NCBI RefSeq assembly: GCF_000315625.1
Contig: NW_005434664.1
Coordinates: 1-64,000 of the forward strand
Source of the DNA: Guillardia theta CCMP2712
Lineage: Eukaryota; Protista; Cryptophyta
Reading direction: 5' to 3'
Length of the DNA: 64,000 bases
Part shown: in pieces, positions 23,974 through 36,684 of the stretch
Layout of the letters: every line of letters begins with the position of its first letter
Numbering within the stretch: position 1 is the first letter of the stretch
Position numbers and translations under genes: made by a program
Notes under the pieces: model-generated
The model's database searches: none
What the model was told of the DNA's origin: nothing
The model's input: only the letters and a program-made list of their open reading frames with translations

Positions 23974-26276
23974 ATGTTCCCCTTGCACTTCATCTCCCTG
24001 CCCTTGGCACTTGCCTTGCTCGCAACCGCAGCCGAGTCTCAAGTATGCCCCACTCAAACTGTCTTCTCCTCCGACAAGGGTTTCAACAATCGAACATTCA
24101 CCATGGCGCTTCACGTGGCTCCGCCGTTTGTGAGTTACAACAAGGAAGTCTCAGGCTCGAGCCGCTTCAGTGGGCTGACCATTGACATTGCGAACCTTCT
24201 GGAGAATGAGCTTTCATGCAAATTTGAATTCATGTTAGCCGATGGAAACAATCCAGAATCTTCTAGAGCAGCAGTGCAATCAGTGGTCTCAAATGCGGGC
24301 AGCAGCCCTCAAGCTCAGGTGAATATTCACATGTCACTTGATCCTCCTTTGAACGTCTCTACTTGCAGATTGCGGGTGGGGCTCTTGAAATCACCACAGA
24401 GCGGTCGAGCATTGCACATTTCACCATTCCTTACTATGACACAGGTCAGATAGATGAATGTTTGCTTGTTTGTTTTATGTACCTTTCAGGATACATCTTG
24501 ATAGTCCAAAGGCCTGCACAAAGTCCCAGTTTATGGCACTTTTTCGGTCCATTTCAAACCACGCTTTGGATAGCTGTCCTTGTTGAGATTGTTGCGGTGG
24601 CTCTTCTGTGCTACCTGATGGAATCTCCCTTTCTTTCCTCCATCAAGGATTCAGATATTGTAGGTGAGAACTTGAGATATTACTTGGATCAGGTCGTTTA
24701 CCTTTCTCTCCTTGTGATTTCTTTGCTTTCAGATGGAGGGTTGGAGGGCTTCGTCGATTCCTTGTATTGGTCATTCACGCTTCTGCTGCAAAATCCAGAT
24801 AAAGCTCCAAGAACCTGGGGAGGGAAGTTGGTGATGATGGCACATGGCTGGTTCATGCTCATAATCGTTGCAAGCTGTACACGTTCATCGTATCTTATTG
24901 AAACAATGACTTTGAATTACACAGATACTGCCAATCTGGCAAGTTTTTTGACCGCTTCGTTTTCCGTCCCGGGAATCAGTGATTGGAGTAGTGTTTTGAA
25001 CAGGTAATCTGCAGTTTGCCTATGTATCAGATGACACGTTGTCGATAGCAAGGGGAAGTTCAAATTAGCACTTCCAGCAGGTGGGCTCCATCAAGCTTTC
25101 GTACAATTCGAAAAGAAACAATATCCAAATGCGGTGTTCAATGTCACCTGGACAGACTCGTGGGAAAGCGCAGTCAAAATGGTTGGTGACGGCTTAGCCG
25201 ATGCTACATTTCACGATGAGCCGATAGTGCAAGTAAGAATGCAACTGATAAAATCAATGTGAAATCATGTTCAAACACCTTGACCAGGATTACATCGTTC
25301 GTGAGGGGCTCAACTGTAAAGTGATGGAAACTGGGAAAATATTCAATGTATTTGGATATGGCTTTGCATTCAACTATGCGTCCCTGGACTTCATACCCTT
25401 CTCACAGGTACGCGTTTTTATGAGAGTTGAAAGGAGGTTGTGTAGCTACACATTGACTGGTCGCATTTTCTAACCATTGATGACGTGACTTGCTGGTGGA
25501 CGATAGGCTATTGTATCTCTAAAGGAAAGTGGTGAAATTGGACAGCTGATCAAGAACTATCAGGTAAGCCGAAGCCTACTACAACATCTGCTCCTGTAAG
25601 AATCATTTTGGTTGTATCCAGGTGGGAACCTTTCAAACCACTTCCACAGAATCGTGTGCGGTCACTTCTGGAGACAATTCTTTTTCTTTTCGAGACATGC
25701 TTGGGCTGTTCTTGATGACAAGTGGAGTGATCTTTGTGGGATTCGTCATAAATGCGTGTGAGCTATTCGTACATGGAAAACTTGCTCTGGGCGGCTGCAA
25801 AGGTTTAGTCTTGCAGCTTAAAAAATCCTCTTGGTTTGACCTCTTTCTTTTGTTATAGGAAAGAAGCAAGAGAACAAAACAAGTACGACGGAGAAGGGCA
25901 GTGAGGATCCCGAAAAGCTTGCGAACGAGCGGATGAGTTTGGCTTTCTCTGAAGCAGTCCGACAAGGTACTTGGGTGTTTCCTTGTGCTTTGACAGGCTG
26001 ATGCGCAATGGGACAGGAATCCTCTTGTCATTGAAGTCAATGTGTGAGACCCTGAGAGACGGCGAGAGCGCACGAGACGTTGATGTCAAATCTGAGCTTC
26101 TAGCATACATCGATGGCATACTGGACTCTAGCAGGCAGAATGGTTCCAAGCCAGAGGACGAGTTTCTGCGGAAGGATTGTGTCGGAGACAGACTTCTATA
26201 CGGCAAGGTGTCGCTGATTGAGCTGGACGACCAAACTTTGAAGCAGCTGCGCATGTATGTTGATGAGTGGCTCTAA
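23974..26276 (+). CDS. Ionotropic glutamate receptor-like channel (iGluR/GLR) lacking an amino-terminal domain
   Basis: Signal peptide, then S1 (VAPPFV, GLTIDIA, ITTERSSIAHFTIPY), M1, P-loop (LYWSFTLLLQ), M3 spliced as IIVASYTANLASFL, S2 (GYGFAF) and M4. Confidence 0.92.
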
Positions 26277-28200
26277 ATTGTAATGTATCTAACACAATCG
26301 TTCCGATTGTAATACGTTGTTAACGAGATTCCAACCAAGGCGAGAAATCTGTTTGTCACACCGATGTATCTACATACCTCTTGATTATCCAACGAGTCAC
26401 TTCGCCAGTGTAAGAGGCAACCAGTATCGCTGAACTCCCTGAACAATATCTTACCATCTTGAAGCGGCTTATTCTTACACATACCATCCGATATCATAGA
26501 CGAGACTGGACCAGGAAGAATTCGAGTTCCCACACACTTAATTTCTCCGTTTGCAAACATCCACATCCGCATATTATGATCTTCACCGGTCGTTATGATG
26601 AAGCTGCCACTGTGACAGGATGAAGTCAGAACGACGCATGCAAACCGGGATGAAATCAGTATATTGCACACATGTCAGTTTCATACCAAGATGCCAGGAA
26701 GGTTACAGAAACTTTGTCTTGATGAGATGAGCTTACAATTCTCCAATCTTGGTCAGAGTCCTGCGATTATGATCAGCTGCAATCGAGCGTGTGAGACGAG
26801 GTGGTACCCGAACTTCGATACATCCTTCTTCCGAGCAGCTAATGACAAACCTAAGACAAGACTGTAAGCAGCATCAATACAACCGATACAATCTACCTTG
26901 ACAGAGTCGTTATGCCAAGGACAGAGCCCTTGTGACCTTCAATCCTCGACAACAGCCTCCAATCGGTCGTGGACCAAATGCAAATGCTCTTGTCGCAAGA
27001 TCCGCTATACAGAAAATCATTGGAGTGCTTCAGGACAAGCACTGAGTCTGTATGCCCACGTAAAACCCTATCACAAGTCCAGCTTTTCTTTCCATCTGAA
27101 ATCTGCCTCCAAATGCAAATGCAATCGTCTGCAGATCCAGTAGCAAATCTTCGTCCGATGACCTGAGCGATCAGAAGCAAGGGGTCAGGAGCTGCAAGCT
27201 TTTAATGTCTTGTTTGATCAATGCATCATACCTCCAGTGCACCAACTCGTTGTGAGTGCTTATCATGTTTCTCCAGAAGGGCAAGCTCGTCCGTAGAAAA
27301 GATGCACACTTTACAATCCGCAGATCCGGTAACTAGTATTTCTTCCAACGAGATCAATCCAAGAACAGCATCACTGTGAGCCTTGATCTCCTTCAAGCAG
27401 GTGTATGTCTTCATGCACCATTTCTTTATTGTACCATCATGCGATCCGCTAAACAAAAACCCTTGTGCAATGGCTAAAGCCCAAATCTGCAGTGCAACAA
27501 AAGTCTTGTTAGATATAATTGTGCTCCATTGCTTGGTTACCGATTCCCTATGCGCAACAAAGTTTTTGTCCAAAAGAAGCTCCCATGATTCAACCGTCTT
27601 GGTCTTGCTCTGTTTGTTTGTCCCCTGTCGCCTAGACTCAATTTGAGTACGCTGTGCATTGTTAGATTTCTCCTTCTTCAGTGCTTTCATCAGAGCTTCG
27701 TCGTCGAATTCTTCTGAGCTCTCTTTCCTGTGACCATAAAGTTCGCCTTGAGTACCAAGAAAGTTCTCGGCTAACAGCATCCCCTTCAATTCTTGGAGAA
27801 GTCGAAGGGATTTGTCGAGGCATGGCGGACTCAAGTCCGATTGATTCAAGCGCGGCACTTCTTGACCTTTGCTGTGATGATGTATCTCGATCAGTTTATG
27901 AACTTGTTTCACGACGACTTTGAAAGGAGCTTCGAAGTCGCACAATAAAGCGCGTGTACTCGCTGATATGGAGGCAGACTCTTTCTCAAGCTTCGCTTTC
28001 AGAGCATTCCACTTGTTCGTCATATCATACACAAGAAGAGAGAGATCGTCATGGATTCTTCCTGCCATAATCTTGGCTGTTAATCTCTCATCATCTTTGT
28101 TCCCACTGCCATCATCTTCGCTTTTCACCTACCGCCACTGTGAGTATGAACTGACTGCATGTTCGCCTGATCCCTTTGCCGCCAAACGCTGTGATATGAT
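26273..28200 (-). CDS. WD40-repeat protein with an N-terminal helical region (boundaries approximate)
   Basis: Repeated LFSGSHDGTIKKW, LVTGSADCKVCIF, FATGSADDCICIW, GHTDSV..LYSGSCDKSICIW. Confidence 0.85.
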
Positions 28201-28466
28201 TTCAAATATGTCGATACATATTGAAATTAAGTGTTAAACAATTCGAAAAGACCCTTGAGATTTGGGCAACCAGTGCATCGAATGTACCGCAACGCACCTA
28301 GTAGTACCGTACCGTAGTACCCAAGTACTCTCAGCACGGGTCAGTTCGCCGAGTCGCCCGGGCCGCCGGTATGATTCAGTAGTGCCAGTGAGCCTTTGAG
28401 AGTGGCAGTGGCCTGCGCCGCAGCTGCCAGCGAGTTTCCTTGAGCGATCTCTATTCAGTTTACCTT

Positions 28467-31219
28467 TCATTCGCTGCACTTGCTAAGCTCATGAAGTTTC
28501 TGCTTAAGCCTAACTGTCTCTCGGTGATGTCTGCCATAGATGTTTTGGAGAACACGAAGCGCCTTGTCGTAGCTAGCGATGGCATCTTGCTTGCTCTAGT
28601 GAAAGACATTCATCACTGCTGACAACGCATGTTACCACTCAAACCGGGTCAGAAGATCTCATCATGGCATCGGCGTAGTGCTGTTCCATCAATGCATGAA
28701 TGGGATGGTTTCTGTGCAGATGATTTTTGGCTGCCCCCAGCACAAGTCGACAATATCTCACAGTTTCGTCATGGAGATTGAGACCCTTGAAAAGTATCAA
28801 CGAACGGTTGATACAAAGATTCCTTACCAGGCATACATCAACGAGCAATTTGTAAATATCAAACATTATCCAGTTGTCGTACATCAGCACACTGCCAACC
28901 TCGTGCAAGGTCTAAATCAAAGGTCAGCTTTTATCTAAACTCAACATGGTCGATCGAAATAAAGCAAGCAACAACACACATATCTTTTGACTGTGTATCT
29001 TCGATGAGGTTTCAGAGACCTGCATGAGAATGAAGTGGCTTGACTTGAGTTGATGAGCTTGGTATTCACGCAAAGCGGAGCTCCAACCTTCCTGGGCCCT
29101 GACGATTGTCTGAATAATTGGATTCGTCACAATTAAAAAGATTTCGGAGAGCGAACATGTATGCATAGGATGTCACCTCCTTTGGGCCGGCAGCGATTCT
29201 AGATTCAAGCGGATGGTCAATGGGCCTGCGACATCTCGAGCATCTACAGAGAAATCCCTTGCGCGAGAGCAAGGCGTCTCTCCTCACGTCCAGAGGAGCA
29301 TACAGCTCGACATATGCTATTGTGATCTCGGTGCCTCGGGGAATGTTCTCAAGAGCTCGAACTACCAATTTGTTTCCATCGAAGGAAATTATTGCATTAG
29401 GCTCACAGCTAAAGAAATAAGTCAAAATATCTTCAATGGCAGAGATGTATTTGAACCTGTGATTAATGAAAGAAGCAAGTGGATACAATCCATGGCCGAA
29501 GTTTTGACCCTTGAGGTCGACTATGCCATGCATATTTCGTTGAGCTTTAGAAATCATGGAAGCAATGACTTCATCTTGCAATTTGAAATTCACATCAACA
29601 AATCTGAGAGAGTTGATTACCATTTGTGTAGCTGCAGAAAACAAAAACAATTACCGATTCACAACACGCGCCATCCCTGAACAAGCCTGTCAGTAATGCA
29701 CAAAATCCAATGCAAGTGCATGGACTTACCTAGAAGGTTGCTATCTTTAGAAGCACTCTTGTCATGCTCAAGCAGATTTAACAGACCTGCACAAATGTTG
29801 CTCCTGGAAAATGCATAGACCAAACGGAGGAACAACCTCAACCCCCGCACGCCTCTCTGCTATTTTATGAATTCGAACAATCAAACTGAGAGAAACAAGC
29901 TACAGCACCTTTTGATTTGCATCTGTCGATTTGTTCCATAGTGATAGAATAGAACATTCTCCGTCGTGATGAATGGAATCAAGCACTTGACATCGTTTTG
30001 AACAGTACAAAACTCCTCCACACTCGTTCGCACACACTACTGATTCTTCCACCTTAACTGAGTTGAAGCAATTTGAGCAAATCATTCCAGAATACTTGTC
30101 ATTTACAACCGCTGCAAGTGCTGATGCTTCCATCAATACTTCCCCTTCTTGCACATCTTGCCTTGACTTGATACACCGCCCTCTTTCATGATCAGTCTGG
30201 AGTTCAATGGGAAATGCTTTTAGACATTCTGAAACGTACTGAATCGCACCCTGCAGGCTACCAGGAACACTTCTGCTCTCCTTGGATGATGCTCTGGAAA
30301 TGCTACATTCTTGAAACTGCGATGTGAGCTGTTTTATCCCTGCCAAGCACCCAGAATGATCAGGCTGTATTCTCAAGGCGACCTGTGATATGACAGACAT
30401 TGGCAATGCAAGCTTCAGGCATTCAATCATCAGGAATGAGATCCAAGCTCACATGAAAGAAATTTTCAGCAGAGATCGAATCTCCCTTGGAAAGGTGAAT
30501 GTCACCCAGACGCTCGTATGCCCTTGCACAATTTGGAAATTTCCTTGTGCATTCCATGCAATCACGAGTAGCATCTTCCAATGCTCCCTGCTTCAGAAAG
30601 CAAAGTGCTCGGTTTGTGTATACAAATTCATCTTCTTGCCAGATCTTGTAATTACAAATCAGTTTGAGCACAAAATCTTCTTCAAACATACCTGAATAGA
30701 CTCGGTATACAGCCTTTGCGCTTCTTGAAAATCCCCTGCTCGAAAAGCTTGATTTCCTTCATTCTTGGGCAACATTTAGACCCAAGGCATGTCATCATAC
30801 TTCAAAGATACCTTGAGCCTAAGTGCATTATTTCTTGCATCAGAATCCAGTTCAACGTGACGTTTCTCTTCTTCTCCGATAGATTTCCATGACTTCGATC
30901 CGCATTCTTGTGCAGCAGCAAGTTCCTCATTCGGGGTAAGAATTGGTGCGAACACACGAAGCATCGAACGATTTCGAATCAATTTTGCCCTGACATGTTC
31001 CTCATTGATCACGTATGGACATCTGCACAAGATTTCATGATCAGCGTGGTCCTTGCCGGTCGATTGACGGAGACAAAAGATGTATGACCCGTCTTCCCCG
31101 TCTTGTTTGATTAAAAGATCCAGGTAGTCTTTACTTGGCACAGCCTCGGACAGTTGAAAGCAAATTTTTACTCCAATCACACTCTCATCCTCCACACAAT
31201 GTTCTATCGTGCATGCCAT
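28467..31219 (-). CDS. SMYD-type SET-MYND lysine methyltransferase with TPRs and a putative N-terminal CS/PIH1-like domain
   Basis: TPR (YTNRALCFLK), GRCIKSRQDV..GEVL, MYND CSNC..C..YCSKRCQ..H..EC, GLYPLASFINH/SCEPN, EITIAY, post-SET CRCSRC and C-terminal TPR YDKALRVL..YGRHH. Confidence 0.9.
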
Positions 31220-31790
31220 GGTTTCCGGCAAAGTGAGCAATGAATGGCTCAGGTCTCAAGATGTTGCTGATCACTTTCCTTTTTCACTTGAAGCATGAAT
31301 TCGTTGCCATGGTCTCACTGCTTGCTTATAATCGTGCAATGTTTTGTCGTCCTTCTCTTCCCCCCTGCATGATTTATGAGCGACGTGCGATCTTCTACCT
31401 GCTCCCCTAAACCCCTCCCCACTTGCGTTGCTTTTTCCCACCACACACTTGCCACCCTACCCCACCATTGCCCTTTGCTCGTTTCATCATGAAAATGACG
31501 GGTGTATCTGGTCAATCCTCTGTATTTCTAGTTGTTGGTCACGAATTTAGCAGCAAAAAAGTGGACAGGAGGAAGTGATCAAGTGAGAGAATCAAGTCGA
31601 GATGGAGGGTTGATTCTACTGAGGACATTCTAGGCGCGATTGTAAAATCACAACTTTCAGTACTTGCTGGGTTCAACATAAATCGTAACAAGCGGCAACA
31701 TCTGCTCCACGATCATATGTCTGAAACCTTATATATATACGCATAAATTGCGATGTACAGCATCGAATGTTGGGGGCTTTACAGCCCTGC

Positions 31791-31861
31791 ACACCGATGG
31801 TCTAGTGGTAGAATACGCCCCTGCCACGGGCGAGACCCGGGTTCGATTCCCGGTCGGTGTA
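31791..31861 (+). tRNA. tRNA-Gly (GCC)
   Basis: Cloverleaf: ACACCGA/TCGGTGT acceptor stem, CGCCC-CTGCCAC-GGGCG anticodon arm, CCGGG-TTCGATT-CCCGG T arm. T5 Pol III terminator at 31878-31882. Confidence 0.97.
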
Positions 31862-32370
31862 CCCGACTGTACAATTCTTTTTACGCTAGGCCTGGCTCCG
31901 AGCTCTGGTTTTTGATCACTGCAAGTTTGAGGCTGGCACGCCATATTATGTCTGGGCCTTCCGTCTAGCATCGCGGCGGTGATCTTAGAGTGGCTTGAAA
32001 AGACAGAGCGAGCCAACCCTCATCCTTCCAACTGCACAATACAGGCGGGGCTCAATAGGCAACAACAACTCGCATTGGAAGGCGGGGCCGCTCTTGAATC
32101 TGAGTCTGGCGCTGCTTGTCGATGATACACGTATTGACGGAAATTACGGCCAGTGAAACTTTCCGAAGCCCACACCAGTCCGAAGGAACAGTGTGGCCAG
32201 TGAACTCGATTGTTAGTCATGTTTTTCCATTTCAAACATGGACAAACCTGAAATAATTTTGCTTATCCATCAAAGCAAATCGATGCTGATAATGAATGCA
32301 AATACACAACAAGATGGCTGCTACACCTAGGTACACTCCCACTATCTCTCATCACAACTCCATCTGTTGA

Positions 32371-33199
32371 TTAATGCAACTCCATCCGCCTTGCAATCAT
32401 AATGAAGTTTGTTTTTGGCAGTCGATTGCAAGATAAAACGAAATCGATTCCCTTCATTTTGAATACTGAGCCATCATTCCTCACTAGATTTATACACATG
32501 ACTTGAGGCGATCATATGTCCTTTTCATCGACGAAGTTGTCTTCGTCGGCAGTAAACAACGCAAGTTGCAGAGTACATTGGATGATTTATGATGTAAGAT
32601 CTTTTGCTCCAGCATATGGATCTAGAGATTTGTTACATTTCTTGAACCTGCGTTGAAATTCATCAGGCACATTGCCCCTCTGCAACAGGGAATCAGAAAC
32701 CGAAACAAGGCAAGAGTGATCGTACCTTTGGTAACGCATTTGGGTCTTTCTTTCTCTTCACGAGCTCAGGGTCCACTGGAGTTGTGCCGTTCAAGAGCAT
32801 TTGCTTCATTTCTTCTGCAACTTCATGGAATTCGTAGTTGGCTCCGCCTTCTGCTTCATCATCCGTGTTTGGAAATTCGTCAAGAAACTTAGAGTACCCC
32901 CCTCTAAGCCTGATGTTTCCTGAATTGCAGTGCATGAACCCATCTGAAGCCGACATGCGGATACCGGCCCCTGCACCTGCACGGATCTCTGACATTGATG
33001 TCGCAAAAGAGAGCGACGAAACTACCAACAGCAACAGCAAGCTGGTCGTTAACGATTTGGTATCAAGCACAGCGCAAGAAAAACCGCTTGAATGCCTCCC
33101 CGGTACATGACTACAGAAGCGATAAGTCCTCTGATGGGTCTGCTGCCTCTCCTGACTGCGGGGCCGCTGCTCCTGTCTCGTTATCTTCCACCCCTCCAT
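32371..33199 (-). CDS. Hypothetical protein with a hydrophobic segment followed by IRLRGG (multi-exon, boundaries approximate)
   Basis: ORF 32693-33457 reads LLLLLVVSSLSFA...GNIRLRGGYSKF. Further exon-like segments lead to TAA at 32371. Confidence 0.5.
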
Positions 33200-33429
33200 C
33201 CCAGCGCGCACTCCTGCAGCGGGAGGCCGAGGTGTCAGTGTGGGGAGGAGGGTTTCACGTTTACAACGGATTTGTAACGGATTCGCATCAAAACAAGATT
33301 CACAATGCACCGTGCACAGAGGACGATTGGCAGATAGTTTTGGAGGACTGAAGCCATTCAATGAGGGGATCTGAGGCTTTGATACCAAACTCAATGTCCT
33401 GCTTGCTTGCCTGCTTTCGATAGAAATAA

Positions 33430-35742
33430 CATGAAGATCTGGTCTGAAGAGTTGCATCAGGATATGAGGAGATGCGACTGGTCAACAAGAAGTGGATTGG
33501 TTCGATATTGCTTCGTCTGATACAACCGCATCGAAAGGCAAAACACGCATGTAATTCAGAGTTTGCCATTTGTCCACTCGTATAACTGCCAGCAAGCATG
33601 AAACTTTTCGACCTCCTTATGACTGTAGTTTTCCTTCTCCTTCTCCAAGAAACCCAGATGAAAGACTCGAAACTGCAAGTAAGCAACAGACATTCAATAC
33701 CAGACAAGGCTAAACGTGACAAAGGAGAGAAGAACTCAGCGTAATGTTTTTAACGCTTGAATCATGACATCTAAGCAAGCTTTCAGGACACTGAAGAATG
33801 AAGGGATCCAAAAATTAGGGTTGAGGCCAAATCCAATCCACACCAGCATTCACTGTGGCACTCGATGTAAAGATATCATTTTTCTTTTGACATGGCATAA
33901 TTTTGCAAATGTGGAAATAGATGCAGTCAAACAGCCGAAACGGGGTAACGAATCCTACCCTGGAATTAACGAATACAACGAATTTGGACTAACAAGAAGG
34001 ATTATGGTAAAAGCTGTCTGCTTTGAATCAAGTTTCATATTAGAATCAGGAAAAAGAGAGGAGAAGAGAAAACTTTCTCCGCGAAGCAAGCAATACCTAC
34101 AGGTTGGTAGAAAAGTGTCTCCTCATAAGTGCCCACCTCTCATTCTATGGAAATTAGAGACAAGATCAAGGACCGAAGGACACTGTTTATTGGTAACCTC
34201 CCCATTGGCCCTCCGCTTCACAGAATCCGAAGCTCACTCCTCAGAGTACTGAAGCAATATGGGGTGCAATCAGAATATTGACGAGCATCATGGAAGCCTG
34301 ATGCAAACTTTGATATAGAAAGTTGAATCCATGCGATTCCGTTCATTTGCTGTATCCAATTCCAAGATATTGAAACGAGAAGCGCTGAAAAGATATCAGG
34401 TACTTCTTGATGTAGAATTTCCTACCTGAATTTTTCATTTTGAAGTTTGGGATGCAAAAAGGCAACATGAATGCGTATGTTGTATTTCTTGATGAAAACT
34501 GTGCGAGAAGCGCTGCAAAAGCGTGCAACGGAATTAATCTTACTATTACGTACAATCGTAAGATTGAGATTACGTATCCACAAGGTTGTTTTACCAGGTG
34601 TGTCAGGAACTGGTGGAGAGCAACAAAAAATCCTCCAAAAGTCCAGCTGTGTAATTCGTTGCGACATTGCAACGGGTGCAAATTATGTCAGCGCCCGCTC
34701 TATATTCTTGGGTATGTTGCTACACGGTACATCTTGGTTCTGATATCTATCAGGAAATGTACCATTCGTAAACGCGAGTGAAGATTCTATCAGGAACATC
34801 TGGCACATTGTCACAATCTCGTTTGACGAATCTTGCAGATTGCTCTTCCGTTCCTGTGGCGATATAGAGAATGTACGGCTAGTCCGCGACAAGATGACGG
34901 GATATGGTGACGAAGACTTGACCGTTGAGAAAGTTTCTAACTTGTTGTGCAGGGAAAGGCTTTGGCTACATACAGTTTGTGAACGAAACTAGCGTCCACA
35001 AAGGTGAAAGGTTCAAGGCATCTGAGAGTATTGAATTGCATTCAACGATGCAGCACTTCAGATGGCCAAGCATCGTCCTCCTAGCCTATGTGTTGGTGAA
35101 AGACGTTATGAGGTCTGATTCGAAAGTACAGTTTCTGAGGTATCACAATCGTACAGCTCAGGATTCAGGCAGCTATGAAGCCGATGCACCTCGAACGAAA
35201 AAAGGTGATGCACATTTCGGATGAACATTTTGTAATCTCTGAATAACCTGCCTTGATGACTTGATGCACAGAAAGTAAAGCAATTCCTGGAGAAAGGAGG
35301 GAAGAAAGCTTACCAAAAACGAATGAAAAGATGGAAGGTAATGTTCAGAGTTTGCCATTCAACTTCTTCGTCTAATTTACTTCACACCCAGGCAAGGAAG
35401 AAGAAGCGTTTCGAGGTCAAGACCGGGGTACGTAAGGTAACAGGCACAAGTGTGGAATGTCAAGTCTGATGAGCAGAAGTCAAAGGACGGGAAAGACTCT
35501 CCACGATCGGAGAAAAGAGCGTACAAGCAGCGTGAGAAATTGAAATCTGATAGCGTAATATGTTTTTCTATCTGTAATTGTGGACTGAAGCGGTTTCCTC
35601 TTTTATTCAGAAGTCAACAAAAGTCCAGGTCGTGACAAAGGGACAGCATACGGCAAAGAAGAAGAAGGAATCAAAATCTAGAATGGCGAGAAAGGGAGAA
35701 AAGAAGGTTAAGAACAAGAAGGTGGGCAGGAAGGGGCAGTGA
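33430..35742 (+). CDS. RBM34/Nop12-like nucleolar two-RRM protein (start approximate)
   Basis: RTLFIGNLP, KVESMRFRS, NMNAYVVF, RSIFLGNVP, ENVRLVRDK..GKGFGYIQF and a Lys-rich C-terminus ending GRKGQ*. Confidence 0.85.
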
Positions 35743-36293
35743 AGCTCCACATTTACATATTGTGCATTTCAACAAAGAATGAACATCATCTGATTTGCAT
35801 ATCTCTGTACGGGCTTGAAACATTTCATCACATCAATGTAATCCAACAGAAAAATCTCTGAAAACCGTATGGTCCGTCGAGGGAAGGGTCTATTGGATGA
35901 GAGCGACATTAGGTCGTCTCAGTAGACTTGTAGTAGGTAGAATGCATTAGACTAATCCCTTGTTCGCGAACCTCTTCAACAATAAGTTGACACGAGGACT
36001 ACGAGAGTCGAAGAGGACCCTGACTACTGTCCCACAGGCCATGTACGGCGAGTAGGACTATGAAATCTTCGGTTTTCCGTTGTAAAGGATAGAATTTGAC
36101 TTTTTTGTTTATGTCAAGTGGGGGGTGGCCATATAATATAGGAGAGCAGAGCGCGTATGCTGGAGGGAGAGTGGGTGGGTATTGAATTTTTAGTCAACTT
36201 ATTGGCTCAACTAAAACTAACTCCTAAAATCTGAGGGCATCAAGGATTCCCTGGCGCATTTGATGTGCGAGATGCGGCCAATGAAGCTGAAAG

Positions 36294-36664
36294 ATGAAGA
36301 CAGGTAAGCATGGGAAGAGCGGAAGACAGGTGGCAAAGGAGGAGAAAGGAAGACATGTAACAAAGGGGAAACAGGAAAGACAGGCAGCAAATGGTGAGAA
36401 GGGAGGCAAGCTTAAGTTGTATTTGAAGTTAGTGAAAAGAATGAAGAAAACATTTTGATCAAACAGGCAACATATTGCAAACCAGAAGGATACGATTGGA
36501 GAGATGATCTCCCCACCGCAGGCATAGATCTACTTTCAGCAGAGAAAGCCTCATATGCATGTTACATGGATCTCAAAGGGTGCGAGCCGATTTATAGCAC
36601 ACTGACGAGGAACTACAGGTTGATGAGCGATCGAAAACAAATTCCTCATCCAAAGATACCCTGA
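36294..36664 (+). CDS. Small hypothetical basic protein (probably has additional upstream exons)
   Basis: K/G/R-rich exon-like segment, then exon ATYCKPEGYDWRDDLP...PKIP*. Confidence 0.35.
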
Positions 36665-36684
36665 GCTGTGAGATTTTGGCCAAA

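Noticed and set aside
26273-26276. Overlapping stop codons of the convergent iGluR and WD40 genes
   Set aside because: The last exon of the WD40 gene is ambiguous (possible short intron), so the overlap cannot be asserted.
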